From: Promethearchaeota archaeon
Lineage (GTDB): Archaea; Asgardarchaeota; Lokiarchaeia; Sigyniarchaeales; SOKP01
Assembly: GCA_048941285.1 (NCBI GenBank)
Contig: JBHLNS010000046.1
Location: 1 to 24,643, forward strand
DNA length: 24,643 bases
Direction of reading: 5' to 3'
Below are positions 15,941-24,643 of the stretch, in pieces (position 1 is the first letter of the stretch; each line of letters begins with the position of its first letter). The notes below the pieces were generated by a model. That model worked only from the letters and a program-made list of their open reading frames with translations, ran no database searches and was not told where the DNA came from. A program made the position numbers and the translations under genes.

Positions 15941-17203
15941 TTAACTTCTATTCTTCGTACTCAACCATTCTTTAAAAGCGTTAGTAAGTTTACCCTTCCA
16001 GACAGCTTTTTTATTAAGATTATTTTCGAATTCAATTATATCTTGATCAGTGTACTCAGGAATTTCATTTTCATCCTCCTCCTCATCTGTCTCTTCGTGT
16101 TCTAGATCTATAGAAATTTCATACTTTTCTCCAGTTATATCTTCTAATTCACTTATTATATCTTCAAGGTCTTCTATCTTCCTAACAGCGACCGGTACTT
16201 TTTCCAATACCTCATCTTCAACAATTTCTTTATTTTCTGATTCTTTAATTGATTTCTCATACGTTTTACGCATTTCTACTCGTTCTTCTCTTAGTTTCTT
16301 TATTTCATCAATAATTTTATTATAATTATCTTTGAAATATTTTAAACTTACATTAATAAGATCTGAAATATTGCTCCATTTTTCCTGTTTAACAACAGTT
16401 TCTGCCCAATAGTATAAATCCATATTCAATTCAACTGTTACTGGTTTTCCCTCAGAATCTAGGCGACCTATTAAAAAACTTAGGATATTAGCTATTAAAA
16501 TATCATTATCAAAAGCAGAAAAGCCATACTCTCTAGCAAGTGATGAGAATATGCTAAAATTTCCAAATCCAACAACTTTGCCCTTAAAATACTCCACTAC
16601 AACTAGTAACGGAATTTTTGGGCTGTCTTCTTCTATCCAATACTCTCCATCATATCGTTTACGCCAACAATTCAATCCAGATTGTAATAACCAATCAACT
16701 TTTACACTTTTCTCATCTTCAACAAAATCCAAGATTCTAACAGAACAAGAACTGGATAACACGACTTTTTTTAAATTTTCTGTTATTACATGAGGTTTGA
16801 ATTTATCTATTACTGGTCTCTTTTGGAGATTAATATAATTTACAGAGTCTTGTACCTCGTCTGAGACAAATTCGAATCCAAATTTTCTAGTCAATTCATT
16901 TAAATTAGTACTATTTGTATAATCTGCTCCCGTTGAGCTGACAATTAAAAGGCTTCCTCCGGTTTTTACATAATTTTCAAGTGTATTAATCTCATTTGGT
17001 TGTAATTTTGTATTTTTTGGTGTTGAGAGTATTATAGTATTATATTTTTTAAGCTCATTAATTGAATTAAATCCTGATTCTATTTTCCCAAATTTATATC
17101 CAGAAGTGAAGATAAACTGCGTAAATTCATTAAAACTTGATGATTCTAGGGTTAAAATATTATTATGACTATAATCTAGAGCAATTGTAGCTTTTCCATT
17201 CAA
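15941..17203 (-). CDS. GIFT (GldG/IFT52)/DUF4350-like domain + ribbon-helix-helix-like segment + coiled coil + acidic linker + short C-terminal module
   Basis: IALDYSHNN, LKKYNTIILSTP, EINTLENYVKTGGSLLIV, NLNELTRKFGFEF, KGKVVGFGNFSIF, DNDILIANILSFL. Residues 253-294 are RHH-like. Confidence 0.68.
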   Translation of the reverse strand: MNGKATIALDYSHNNILTLESSSFNEFTQFIFTSGYKFGKIESGFNSINELKKYNTIILSTPKNTKLQPNEINTLENYVKTGGSLLIVSSTGADYTNSTNLNELTRKFGFEFVSDEVQDSVNYINLQKRPVIDKFKPHVITENLKKVVLSSSCSVRILDFVEDEKSVKVDWLLQSGLNCWRKRYDGEYWIEEDSPKIPLLVVVEYFKGKVVGFGNFSIFSSLAREYGFSAFDNDILIANILSFLIGRLDSEGKPVTVELNMDLYYWAETVVKQEKWSNISDLINVSLKYFKDNYNKIIDEIKKLREERVEMRKTYEKSIKESENKEIVEDEVLEKVPVAVRKIEDLEDIISELEDITGEKYEISIDLEHEETDEEEDENEIPEYTDQDIIEFENNLNKKAVWKGKLTNAFKEWLSTKNRS

Positions 17204-17314
17204 TTTTGTTCATACTCAGTAGTAAAATTTTAAAATAAAAATTGGTATATTCTTCTCACGTCTATATAAGATATAATTCTTCTATTCTTTAAATATTTTT
17301 AATTAGGTTTTATA

Positions 17315-17340
17315 TGTTTTTTTGTATTTACAAAAAAACA
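17315..17340. repeat. Perfect 12-bp inverted repeat with 2-nt spacer
   Basis: TGTTTTTTTGTA-TT-TACAAAAAAACA, read directly in the intergenic region. Confidence 0.85.
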
Positions 17341-17451
17341 CCTTGAAGCTCTTAACCTTTTAATACTTCGAGAACATGGTATAATTCATAATAAAAAATT
17401 CTCTAGGAGTGAAAATAAAAAGCTCAAATGACAAAGCTATAAAAGGGATTT

Positions 17452-18312
17452 CTAATTGTCCTTATAGCAAACGATATCTAAAACAACATGAAATAATTTT
17501 GGACCATAACTTTTTACTATTCTATACGATATTAATTCACTGTGAAAACCCTGTTCAAAGGCTATTTCGCTAAATTCGTTAAAAAGAATAATAAAATTAT
17601 CTTTTTCTACTACACCTTCATAATGAAATGTAGTTCCTTTATCTTCTACTAATGATAAAGCTTCTTTTATATAATCTTTTGGGGCAGGAAAAACACCCAT
17701 GATTACTCTGTCAGCTCTAATTCCTGCTTCACTAAGCTTTTCAACTTCAATCTTACAATTTCCTTTTATTGGTATAATTTTTTCTTCTAAATGATTTATC
17801 CTAATGTTTTCAACTAAATATTTATAAGATTCTGGATTAAATTCAATACTATAGATTTTACTTACTGGAGAATGTTTGGCTATTGGTAATGAGAAATATC
17901 CAATACCAGCAAACATGTCCACGATGATCTCTCCATTCTTTACTAACGTTGCGAGAAATCTCCTTTCGTTAATATTACCTTTACTAAACATAATTTTCGT
18001 TATATCAAATTTGTATATCAAATCATGTTCTTTATGTTCAACTATAGGGTTATCATCTCCTCCAATTAATTCAATGTTTTCTGGTTCTCTAAATTCTCCA
18101 ACTATTTTACCTCTATTTACATAAACTGATCTGATTTTTGGTAACAATTCTAAGTATGTGTTAGCAATCTGCCTTTCTTTATAAAACAATTTTTGATTCA
18201 ACTTTAGGATTATTAAATTTCCCAAAGTTTGGAAGCCACGTGGAAGAAGTGAGAGCTCTTCTTCATTCAAAATTCCTTTTAAGCTTTCTATTAGTTTGTT
18301 TTTAAAACTCAT
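17452..18312 (-). CDS. taw2: tRNA(Phe) wyosine-pathway aminocarboxypropyltransferase Taw2 (Trm5/TYW2 family)
   Basis: FDITKIMFSKGNINER, VDMFAGIGYFSLPIA, SIEFNP, ADRVIMG, FHYEG. It is ~286 aa and lacks the Trm5 D1 domain. The likely start is ATG 18312 (MSFKNK), not 18417. Confidence 0.78.
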   Translation of the reverse strand: MSFKNKLIESLKGILNEEELSLLPRGFQTLGNLIILKLNQKLFYKERQIANTYLELLPKIRSVYVNRGKIVGEFREPENIELIGGDDNPIVEHKEHDLIYKFDITKIMFSKGNINERRFLATLVKNGEIIVDMFAGIGYFSLPIAKHSPVSKIYSIEFNPESYKYLVENIRINHLEEKIIPIKGNCKIEVEKLSEAGIRADRVIMGVFPAPKDYIKEALSLVEDKGTTFHYEGVVEKDNFIILFNEFSEIAFEQGFHSELISYRIVKSYGPKLFHVVLDIVCYKDN

Positions 18313-18605
18313 GATAATTATGTCTAAAAAAGTATTTAATAATTTAAAATTTGAAATATTAAAATAAATTATTCTAAAAAGGAACAGGATGATTAATATG
18401 AGGGAAAAAATACCCAAAAGTAAGTGTATTATAGAAATAGTATTTGAACAAAAGGAGGAAGTGCAACTTTTATTTCACTTTCGGGTCTGATTTCTGAATC
18501 GAGTTAAATTATTATATAATAACAAATCAATCTTCATATAACAAAGAAGATTTTACCTCAATTTATATAAAAATATCATAATTGAAATAAAAAAGTGAAT
18601 TTATT

Positions 18606-20465
18606 ATGCCAAGTTTAGATGATCCAGAATTTTTAGTTGATGAAAATAAGGTATGGTTTACTGGGGGTTATTGGCCTGAAGGAGTGCCGAAACAACTAAG
18701 AGATGTTGAAAATGTGGAAATTTTACCTATGTGGGAATATTTCCTGAAAGCTGCTGATTTATATGGGACATGGAATAATGATATTTGTGTGTTTGTATAT
18801 GGACCATATATAGAATATGTAAAGCTACGGACTTTATTCGATTTTGCAAAAAAATTTGGGACTTTTCTCTATAAAGATCTAGGAATTAGAAAAGGAGATG
18901 TTGTTGCAATCGACCTACCAAACTCTATAAATTTTGTAGTTGCTTATATGGGATGTCAATATATTGGTGCAATAGCACAGGGTATCAATCCTACCTATAG
19001 ACCGCTGGAGCTTTTACATGCTTTAAATATGACTAAAGCAAAAGCTTTTGTTATGATGGATATGTTATATATTGCGGGTCCTAAAGATATTCTTCCAAAA
19101 ACGGAAGTAAAATTTGTAATACCATCTAATTTTGTGGATTTCCTGACAGCCAATGAGGGTACGATTGAAAAATTGGCTATTCCAAATGCTAAAGATAAAA
19201 TACCAAATGAAACAGAGCATTATAAAGTGTATTGGATGGATAAGATTATTAAAGAAACACAGCCAGAAGAGATTAAGGTCGATATTGATCCTTGGACAGA
19301 TCCGGCAATATATCTCATGACTGGTGGTACAACTGGACTACCCAAAGTTGCGATGCTTTCACATGCTAATTTAAGTGCTAATCTAAATATGATTAAAGAT
19401 TGGACCGGTATAGGAGCCGGTGTGGTGACCCTCGGTATTATCCCCTTTTTTCATAGCTTTGGTATGACAAGTGTCATGAATGCTGCTCTTGCAATAGGAT
19501 TGGTTATGCTTCTTTTCCCAAAGCCCCCCTCAGATGATGTTCTATGCGAAGCAGTAAATAGGATTGATGCTCCGGAAGGAATGATATATGTAGGCGTTGA
19601 GATGTGGTTTAAAAGGTTTACTGATTTTGTACAAGAAATGGGCATTGATGAATTTAAAAAGAAATATGATTTTTGGAAGAAATTGAAATACGCTTCGCAA
19701 GGAGCAGGTCCCCTGCATTCTTATGTACAAGAGCCTTTTGAGTCAATATTCTGCCCTATACGTGCCGGTTATGGTTTAACGGAAAGTTCACCTGTACACA
19801 GTATTGCGCCTTTCTGGGGCCCAACCAAGGATGGAAAATTGGGAATACCAATTCCGGGTGCAGATTGGGCAATATTTCCTTCTGATAATTTTGAGGTAGG
19901 GCCTATATGTGATGGAACGAAAGAAAAAGGCGGTTTTGGAATCGAAAATACAGGAGAGATATGTCTTGCGGGACCCCATATAATGTTGGGATACTTAGGA
20001 GAGCAAAAAGAGATTGAAGAGAACATAAAATATTGGGGTGGCAAACGGTGGTTATTAACAGGTGATATTGGTTTTATGGATGAGCATGGATGGGTTGAGA
20101 TACGAGATCGGAAAAAATCTTTAATCAAAGTTTCAGGACATTCAGTATTTCCAAAAGAAGTAGAAGAGCTATTAGGTATTCATGAAATGGTAGATGAAGT
20201 AGCTGTGGCAGGTATTCCTGATGAAATGACAGGTGAGGCAGTGAAAGCGTGGGTATCATTGAAGAAAGGATTTAAAGCTGATCGGGATATAACTAGTGAT
20301 CAATTAAAGGAATGGGCAAGAGAGAATATGGCTAAATGGAAAAGTCCAAAATATATCGAATTTGTCAGAAAAATGCCAGTTAGTGCAACGGGAAAAGTTC
20401 AGAGGCGTGAACTTCAAGAAAAAGATCTAAGTAAAATTGAAGAAGGTAAGCCCATTAAGGGTTAA
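18606..20465 (+). CDS. fadD: Long-chain fatty-acid--CoA ligase (ANL superfamily)
   Basis: MTGGTTGLPK, PFFHSFG, GYGLTESSP, GEICLAGPHIMLGY, LLTGDIG, DRKKSLIKVSG, SATGKV. Confidence 0.9.
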   Translation: MPSLDDPEFLVDENKVWFTGGYWPEGVPKQLRDVENVEILPMWEYFLKAADLYGTWNNDICVFVYGPYIEYVKLRTLFDFAKKFGTFLYKDLGIRKGDVVAIDLPNSINFVVAYMGCQYIGAIAQGINPTYRPLELLHALNMTKAKAFVMMDMLYIAGPKDILPKTEVKFVIPSNFVDFLTANEGTIEKLAIPNAKDKIPNETEHYKVYWMDKIIKETQPEEIKVDIDPWTDPAIYLMTGGTTGLPKVAMLSHANLSANLNMIKDWTGIGAGVVTLGIIPFFHSFGMTSVMNAALAIGLVMLLFPKPPSDDVLCEAVNRIDAPEGMIYVGVEMWFKRFTDFVQEMGIDEFKKKYDFWKKLKYASQGAGPLHSYVQEPFESIFCPIRAGYGLTESSPVHSIAPFWGPTKDGKLGIPIPGADWAIFPSDNFEVGPICDGTKEKGGFGIENTGEICLAGPHIMLGYLGEQKEIEENIKYWGGKRWLLTGDIGFMDEHGWVEIRDRKKSLIKVSGHSVFPKEVEELLGIHEMVDEVAVAGIPDEMTGEAVKAWVSLKKGFKADRDITSDQLKEWARENMAKWKSPKYIEFVRKMPVSATGKVQRRELQEKDLSKIEEGKPIKG

Positions 20466-20490
20466 TAAAATAAGGGTACACCAACTTATA

Positions 20491-20498
20491 TTTTTTTT
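20491..20498 (+). terminator. Oligo-T terminator candidate after fadD
   Basis: T8 run 26 nt after the stop, in a convergent gap. Confidence 0.4.
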
Positions 20499-20519
20499 AT
20501 TTTAAATTATATTCTATTT

Positions 20520-20885
20520 TTAAAAGCCTCTTAAAATATTCTTGTTTATTAATTTTGTTAATTCTATGCTTTCCTTTTTTCCTGACTTCTTATAATCTGC
20601 CATTGTAATAGAAAACAAATATGCATCTGTAGTTTCAACCTCTAAAACGTAAATTCTCCCTTTTTTTATCACGGAGGCTTTATTAATATTTAATAAGGGA
20701 ATTTTATACAATTCATTCAATTTCTTAAAATTAGAGTCTATTTCTGTCAAATTTATATTAGTTTTCTTCATTAACGATAAAGTTTTATTGGTCAATATTA
20801 TTCTTCCTAATTCCATGTCAAACTTCCAATTCTTAGGCACTTCTCCTTCACAAAAATATCCTTCAGCATCAAAAAGTAATGACAT
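20520..20885 (-). CDS. Stand-alone PH-like (GRAM/bPH) domain protein
   Basis: GRIILTNKTLSL, YKIPLLNINKASV, VLEVETTDAYLFSI and a terminal helix give the PH-fold strand/helix order. AAGGAG lies upstream. Confidence 0.6.
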   Translation of the reverse strand: MSLLFDAEGYFCEGEVPKNWKFDMELGRIILTNKTLSLMKKTNINLTEIDSNFKKLNELYKIPLLNINKASVIKKGRIYVLEVETTDAYLFSITMADYKKSGKKESIELTKLINKNILRGF

Positions 20886-20969
20886 AATTATATTAATTCT
20901 CCTTTTTTAATGGAATTAATATACTCTATTTAATAATTTCTACTTTCTTTTACCAGTGAGGGATCTCAA

Positions 20970-20991
20970 AATAATATTAGATAATATTATT
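20970..20991. repeat. 10-bp inverted repeat with 2-nt spacer between divergent genes
   Basis: AATAATATTA-GA-TAATATTATT. The arms are A/T only. Confidence 0.6.
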
Positions 20992-21055
20992 CAATAAATT
21001 TTTAAGTATAAAATAGCACTAAAAATATTAAAAAATAAACTATATATTGAAAAAA

Positions 21056-21586
21056 ATGTCGTTATTAAAAACTCGGGAATTTATACTTCAAGAAAAATTG
21101 ATCTCTTTAAGGGATAAAGGTAAAATAATGAACTTAAATAAAGAAGTTATCGGTACTTTCGCTGGAAAAGTAATAAAGATTGGTAATACTTACCGTATAA
21201 GAGATCTTGAAGAGAATCCTGTCCTAACAGTTCATGAAAAAGTAATTTCAATGCGTTCAACATATAAATTCTATAAAGGCGGGGAAGAAGATGAAGATAA
21301 ATACATTGGGAAACTTAAAAGAAAAATAGTGGCTGTTAAACCAAATTACTGGTTTGAGGATCCGAATGAAAATAAAGTTTTTGCAATGAAGGGAAATATA
21401 TGGACTTTAAAGTATAAGATATTAAAAGATAACAAAGTTGTTGCTGAAATACATAAAAAACTATTTAAGAGTCTTATCAAAGGAACATATGGAGTAAAAA
21501 TGTCTCCTGACTTAGATGATGATTCTGCTATGCTCGTATTAGGCATTGTCTTGATGCTTCATCATGAAAAGGAAGAAAATAGATAA
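21056..21586 (+). CDS. LURP-one-related / scramblase (tubby C-terminal-like) protein
   Basis: FILQEKLISLRD, repeated beta hairpins, MKGNIWTLKYKI, VVAEIHKK, GTYGVKM, and hydrophobic C-terminal helix MLVLGIVLML. The start is ATG 21056 or TTG 21047. Confidence 0.82.
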   Translation: MSLLKTREFILQEKLISLRDKGKIMNLNKEVIGTFAGKVIKIGNTYRIRDLEENPVLTVHEKVISMRSTYKFYKGGEEDEDKYIGKLKRKIVAVKPNYWFEDPNENKVFAMKGNIWTLKYKILKDNKVVAEIHKKLFKSLIKGTYGVKMSPDLDDDSAMLVLGIVLMLHHEKEENR

Positions 21587-21601
21587 CAAATTGATTTTCT
21601 C

Positions 21602-21610
21602 TTTTTTTTT
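21602..21610 (+). terminator. Oligo-T terminator candidate
   Basis: T9 run 16 nt after the 21586 stop. Confidence 0.4.
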
Positions 21611-21765
21611 ATTAATTTAAATGCCTGGAAGTGATTTATATTTTTTAGATGTTTTTCTTATATCTTACTAATATCACTCTCATCTTTTAATTTGGGATAG
21701 ATTTATATTCATAGACTTTTATGTAATTCATACATTTTTTCATTATTTTTCCTTGTGGGGTATTT

Positions 21766-22632
21766 ATGGTACAAGTACAAACTAGGTATATTAATATTGC
21801 ATGTCCAAGTTGTGGTTCTGAAAAAACAGTAAATATTCCAGAAACACTTTTTACAGAAAAAAAATTTGGACATGTAAAAATCCAAGTTCCACAAGGAGCG
21901 GTATGTCAGGATCATGTATTTGTGGTATTATTAGATATTAAAGGCCGAATTCTTGGATACCAAACTGTTGATTTATCAGTATCATCAACTACTGAATCAA
22001 AACCAAAAGAAGAAGCTCATTTAGAAAAGACAGAAGCAACAGGTTTAAGGAAATTAATTGAAATGCTCGGATTTAGATGTCTAGCAGGATTAATTCATAC
22101 TAAAATATTTAATTATCAACCATACGTTATTATCAAAAGAGATTTTGAATTGAATGTGGATGAAGTCAATAATTTTCTTGATGATATCGTTCCTGAAATG
22201 TATAAGAATAAAAGAGTTTTAAAACATATTGAATACAATGACTATGTTTTTCCTACTGCAACCTATTTCTACGCGTTGGTTAAAAACCAAAGAAAAAGGG
22301 CTTTTCTTATAAACCTCGACAAACATATCATTCAAATGCCTTGGCAAACTGGTTTAGATCTTGAGAAAGGATTTATTACTTCAGCATTAAAGAATGAGGA
22401 TCATATCGAGCAAATAAAATACTTATCATTTTATATCTCTAAGTTTTTAGAAGATGTAGATAAAACAAAGATAATTATTGAGTCAGTAAGGAAAATTTCA
22501 AAAAAAGATGTAGTTAAAAAGCTAAAGGAAATAGCAATTACTTCAACTGTCACTAAAGAATATATTAGTTCTATAAAAGAATTCCTCCATAGACGAGGAT
22601 CCCCTGAAATAGCTCAAAAAATCAATGATTAA
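21766..22632 (+). CDS. Hypothetical protein with N-terminal Zn-binding module (CPSC...CxDH) and possible cDENN-like domain
   Basis: IACPSCG...GAVCQDHVFVVLLDIKGRILGYQTVD, a linker, then an alpha/beta domain. Confidence 0.65.
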   Translation: MVQVQTRYINIACPSCGSEKTVNIPETLFTEKKFGHVKIQVPQGAVCQDHVFVVLLDIKGRILGYQTVDLSVSSTTESKPKEEAHLEKTEATGLRKLIEMLGFRCLAGLIHTKIFNYQPYVIIKRDFELNVDEVNNFLDDIVPEMYKNKRVLKHIEYNDYVFPTATYFYALVKNQRKRAFLINLDKHIIQMPWQTGLDLEKGFITSALKNEDHIEQIKYLSFYISKFLEDVDKTKIIIESVRKISKKDVVKKLKEIAITSTVTKEYISSIKEFLHRRGSPEIAQKIND

Positions 22633-22664
22633 AAATAATTAAAATAGATTTATTTAAAAAAATC

Positions 22665-24290
22665 TTATCTATTTAAAAGTTTATATGTTTTTCGCATAAT
22701 CTTATAGAGATTTAAGTATTCTTTAAAAAGCCTATCATAGATTCCTCTATTCTCTGGATTTGGGGTAAAAACATTTGATATGTCACAACATCTTTGAATT
22801 TCATCCCATTTAAGATATCCCAAACCTACTGAAGCAATAAAAGCAGCACCTCGAGCATTTGCTTGAATTGGATCACTTACTTGATTTATTTTTCTATCTA
22901 GAATGTCGGCAAATATTTGACACCAGACATTGCTTTGTGCACCACCGCCAATAATATTAATTTCTGGAATAACAATGTCCTTTTTCGTCATTCCTGGAGT
23001 TGATCGTATTTTATGTTTCTGAATAAATTTCTCTACATAAATAAACAACCATTTTATATTATACGCTACACCCTCAAATATTGCCCTTATTAAATGTTCT
23101 CTGGACATTTCTAATGAGATATTGAAGAGTCCTCCACGAATTTTTGAATCGTCTACTGGAGACCTTTCGCCAATCAACCATGGAGTAAATATCAGATTAT
23201 TTGACCCTGCAGGAACTGTTTCTACAATCTTATCAAAAATCTTATAGACATCAGGAACTGCTTCTTCTCTTAAAAGTTCATCTTTATGATAAAGAATTTT
23301 GTCTCTTAGAAATGATAGAGCTCCACCCGCAATTTCTTGTTCATTTGCTAAGATATATCTTCCTGGAATTGCTGATGGTAAACTTGCCATATTATGAAAG
23401 ATATCGACGCGTTTGAAAGGAATATGACACCCAATCCAATCAGAAGTGCCAATATAGATATGAGTCTCATAATCCTGAACTGCTCCAGAGCCTATATTAG
23501 CTGAAGGAACATCAGGAGCACCCATAACTACTTTTGTACCTCTATTTAAACCAATCTCATCTGCTACTTCATTTTTAATTGGGCCTAAGATATCAATTGC
23601 ATTTTTTAAATCAGACGGAAATTTATTAATATCGACTTTAAACATTTTTGTGAGTTTTTTAGAGAGTCTAGCATTGTAGAGATCTCTAATATCAGTAATC
23701 CAATGGAGTGCTATTGATGGAATTGAAGCAGCAAATTTCCCTGTCAATTTCAGATTTATGTAGTCTTGAGGTTCTAAAAACATAAATGTTTTGTTATAAA
23801 TATCAGGAAATTCATTTTTTATTAATAATATATGAGAAATCGGATCTTTTCCATGAAATCCAGGACCGCCTGCAGCTCGCTTTAATAAAACCAGCATTTT
23901 ACGTATATTATAACCAGATACTTTAAGTATTCCCTTGTTAAATTTCTCAATGTAATCTGCTCCTCGAGTATCCATCCAGATAATCGAATTCATTAAATGA
24001 TTACCATCATTATCAAGTGCTACAGTTCCACTCCATTGGCTTGTATTACAAACTCCTACTATATCATCAATCGGTATTCGAGCATTATCGATGACTTTTT
24101 TAGATGTTTTTATAATAGCATTCCACCAATCATCCGGATCTTGTTCTACCGCTCCACCTTTAGTTGCATATAAAGGTACTTCTTGAAAAGCCCATTCAAG
24201 TACTTCTCCTTCTGTTGATACTATAGCTGATTTTGGACCCCCAGTTCCATGATCTATTGCTAGAATATATTTTCTTTGTGTATTAGACAT
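22665..24290 (-). CDS. FGGY-family carbohydrate kinase (xylulokinase-like)
   Basis: LAIDHGTGGPK, VEQDPDDWW, IIWMDTRG, FTPWLIGERSP, IRAIFEGVAY, IIGGGAQSNVWCQIFADIL. Confidence 0.92.
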   Translation of the reverse strand: MSNTQRKYILAIDHGTGGPKSAIVSTEGEVLEWAFQEVPLYATKGGAVEQDPDDWWNAIIKTSKKVIDNARIPIDDIVGVCNTSQWSGTVALDNDGNHLMNSIIWMDTRGADYIEKFNKGILKVSGYNIRKMLVLLKRAAGGPGFHGKDPISHILLIKNEFPDIYNKTFMFLEPQDYINLKLTGKFAASIPSIALHWITDIRDLYNARLSKKLTKMFKVDINKFPSDLKNAIDILGPIKNEVADEIGLNRGTKVVMGAPDVPSANIGSGAVQDYETHIYIGTSDWIGCHIPFKRVDIFHNMASLPSAIPGRYILANEQEIAGGALSFLRDKILYHKDELLREEAVPDVYKIFDKIVETVPAGSNNLIFTPWLIGERSPVDDSKIRGGLFNISLEMSREHLIRAIFEGVAYNIKWLFIYVEKFIQKHKIRSTPGMTKKDIVIPEINIIGGGAQSNVWCQIFADILDRKINQVSDPIQANARGAAFIASVGLGYLKWDEIQRCCDISNVFTPNPENRGIYDRLFKEYLNLYKIMRKTYKLLNR

Positions 24291-24643
24291 ATTTTATATA
24301 AATGCTATTAAAGTAAATAAAGATTTTCCGATGGAAAAAACTTAAAAAAACAAGTGTTGCAGAAACTAAATGAATTGTCTTTGAAAATGTCTTAAATCAG
24401 TTTTATAATAAATTCAGAAATGAGATGTAGAAAATATTATATATTCATAATTATTATTTAATACCTTAGGTCAATAGGTGCAAGAATAAAATTCTTTTAA
24501 TAAACAAGTTAAACAAGAAAAAATTTTGAAATCTTCAATTTCACAACAATTTAACTGGAAAAAATTATTTTTTTTTTTTACTATTTTAATCTCAATTTCA
24601 TCAAGTTGGATTCTTATATCAAAATGTAATAATATAGTTGAGA

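Noticed and set aside
17201-17213. ATG at 17213 lying one base out of frame with the GIFT-RHH gene (ATG AAC AAA A TTG), suggesting a frameshift or homopolymer error
   Set aside because: The in-frame TTG at 17203 gives a complete domain and only three codons are at stake. It cannot be resolved without reads.
18313-18417. Hydrophobic N-terminal extension on Taw2 in the ORF track, resembling a signal peptide
   Set aside because: It is AT-rich upstream DNA read in frame. Family similarity starts at MSFKNK (ATG 18312). The same applies to the 6218-6295 extension of the gelsolin ORF.
18509-18522. 14-bp palindrome TTATTATATAATAA upstream of fadD as an operator
   Set aside because: It is A/T-only and overlaps a plausible TATA-like region, so it is not distinguishable from background.
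472-23416. Short ORFs in the track that overlap longer genes (e.g. 472-702, 980-1192, 3793-3990, 5862-6152, 8080-8271, 9112-9378, 12151-13176 set, 13712-14056, 14526-15314 set, 16050-16793 set, 17876-18124, 19451-20128 set, 21346-21546, 21709-21915, 23201-23416)
   Set aside because: They are antisense shadows of well-supported genes, mostly Ser/Phe/Ile/Leu-rich as expected from reverse-complemented Glu/Lys/Asn codons, and have no motifs.
24471-24641. Open minus-strand frame entering from the right edge (STILLHFDIRIQLDEIEIK...SCTY-stop)
   Set aside because: About 56 codons that cross an A12 run, with no recognisable motif. It may be a gene end or intergenic DNA and needs flanking sequence.
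1-24643. CRISPR array, tRNA/rRNA, IS element, integrase or provirus
   Set aside because: I saw no regularly spaced repeats, no GC-rich structured RNA segment, and no transposase, integrase or capsid motifs. Intergenic gaps are short and AT-rich.

Overview
AT-rich, gene-dense archaeal chromosomal window, most likely from an Asgard archaeon of Lokiarchaeia type. This is inferred from a stand-alone gelsolin-like domain, archaeal Taw2, HerA/NurA, GGTGA/GGAGG ribosome-binding sites and oligo-T terminators. It holds 20 complete CDSs and one NurA-like CDS that runs off the left edge and is missing from the ORF track. I see no RNA genes, CRISPR array or mobile element. The left part is a minus-strand run: YkgJ-like, Mrr-like, gelsolin, nucleotidyltransferase, UvrD, HerA, NurA-like. 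The middle has a large beta-sandwich protein, a protein repair/turnover neighbourhood (HbYX-tailed protein, ICMT-like, PfpI, PIMT-like, rhomboid), nth and tRNA-modification genes. The right part has an acyl-CoA ligase, PH-like, LURP-one, Zn-ribbon and FGGY kinase genes. The best leads, all from motif reading by eye: (1) a RadA/Rad51-type FxxA motif ending the UvrD next to herA-nurA; (2) an adaptin/delta-COP mu-homology-like domain on an Ig-domain scaffold; (3) a PIMT with eroded SAM motifs, an intact substrate motif and a helical tail; (4) a small HbYX-terminated protein; (5) a GIFT/IFT52-like domain fused to a ribbon-helix-helix, with a 26-bp inverted repeat upstream; (6) a cDENN-like Zn-ribbon protein.
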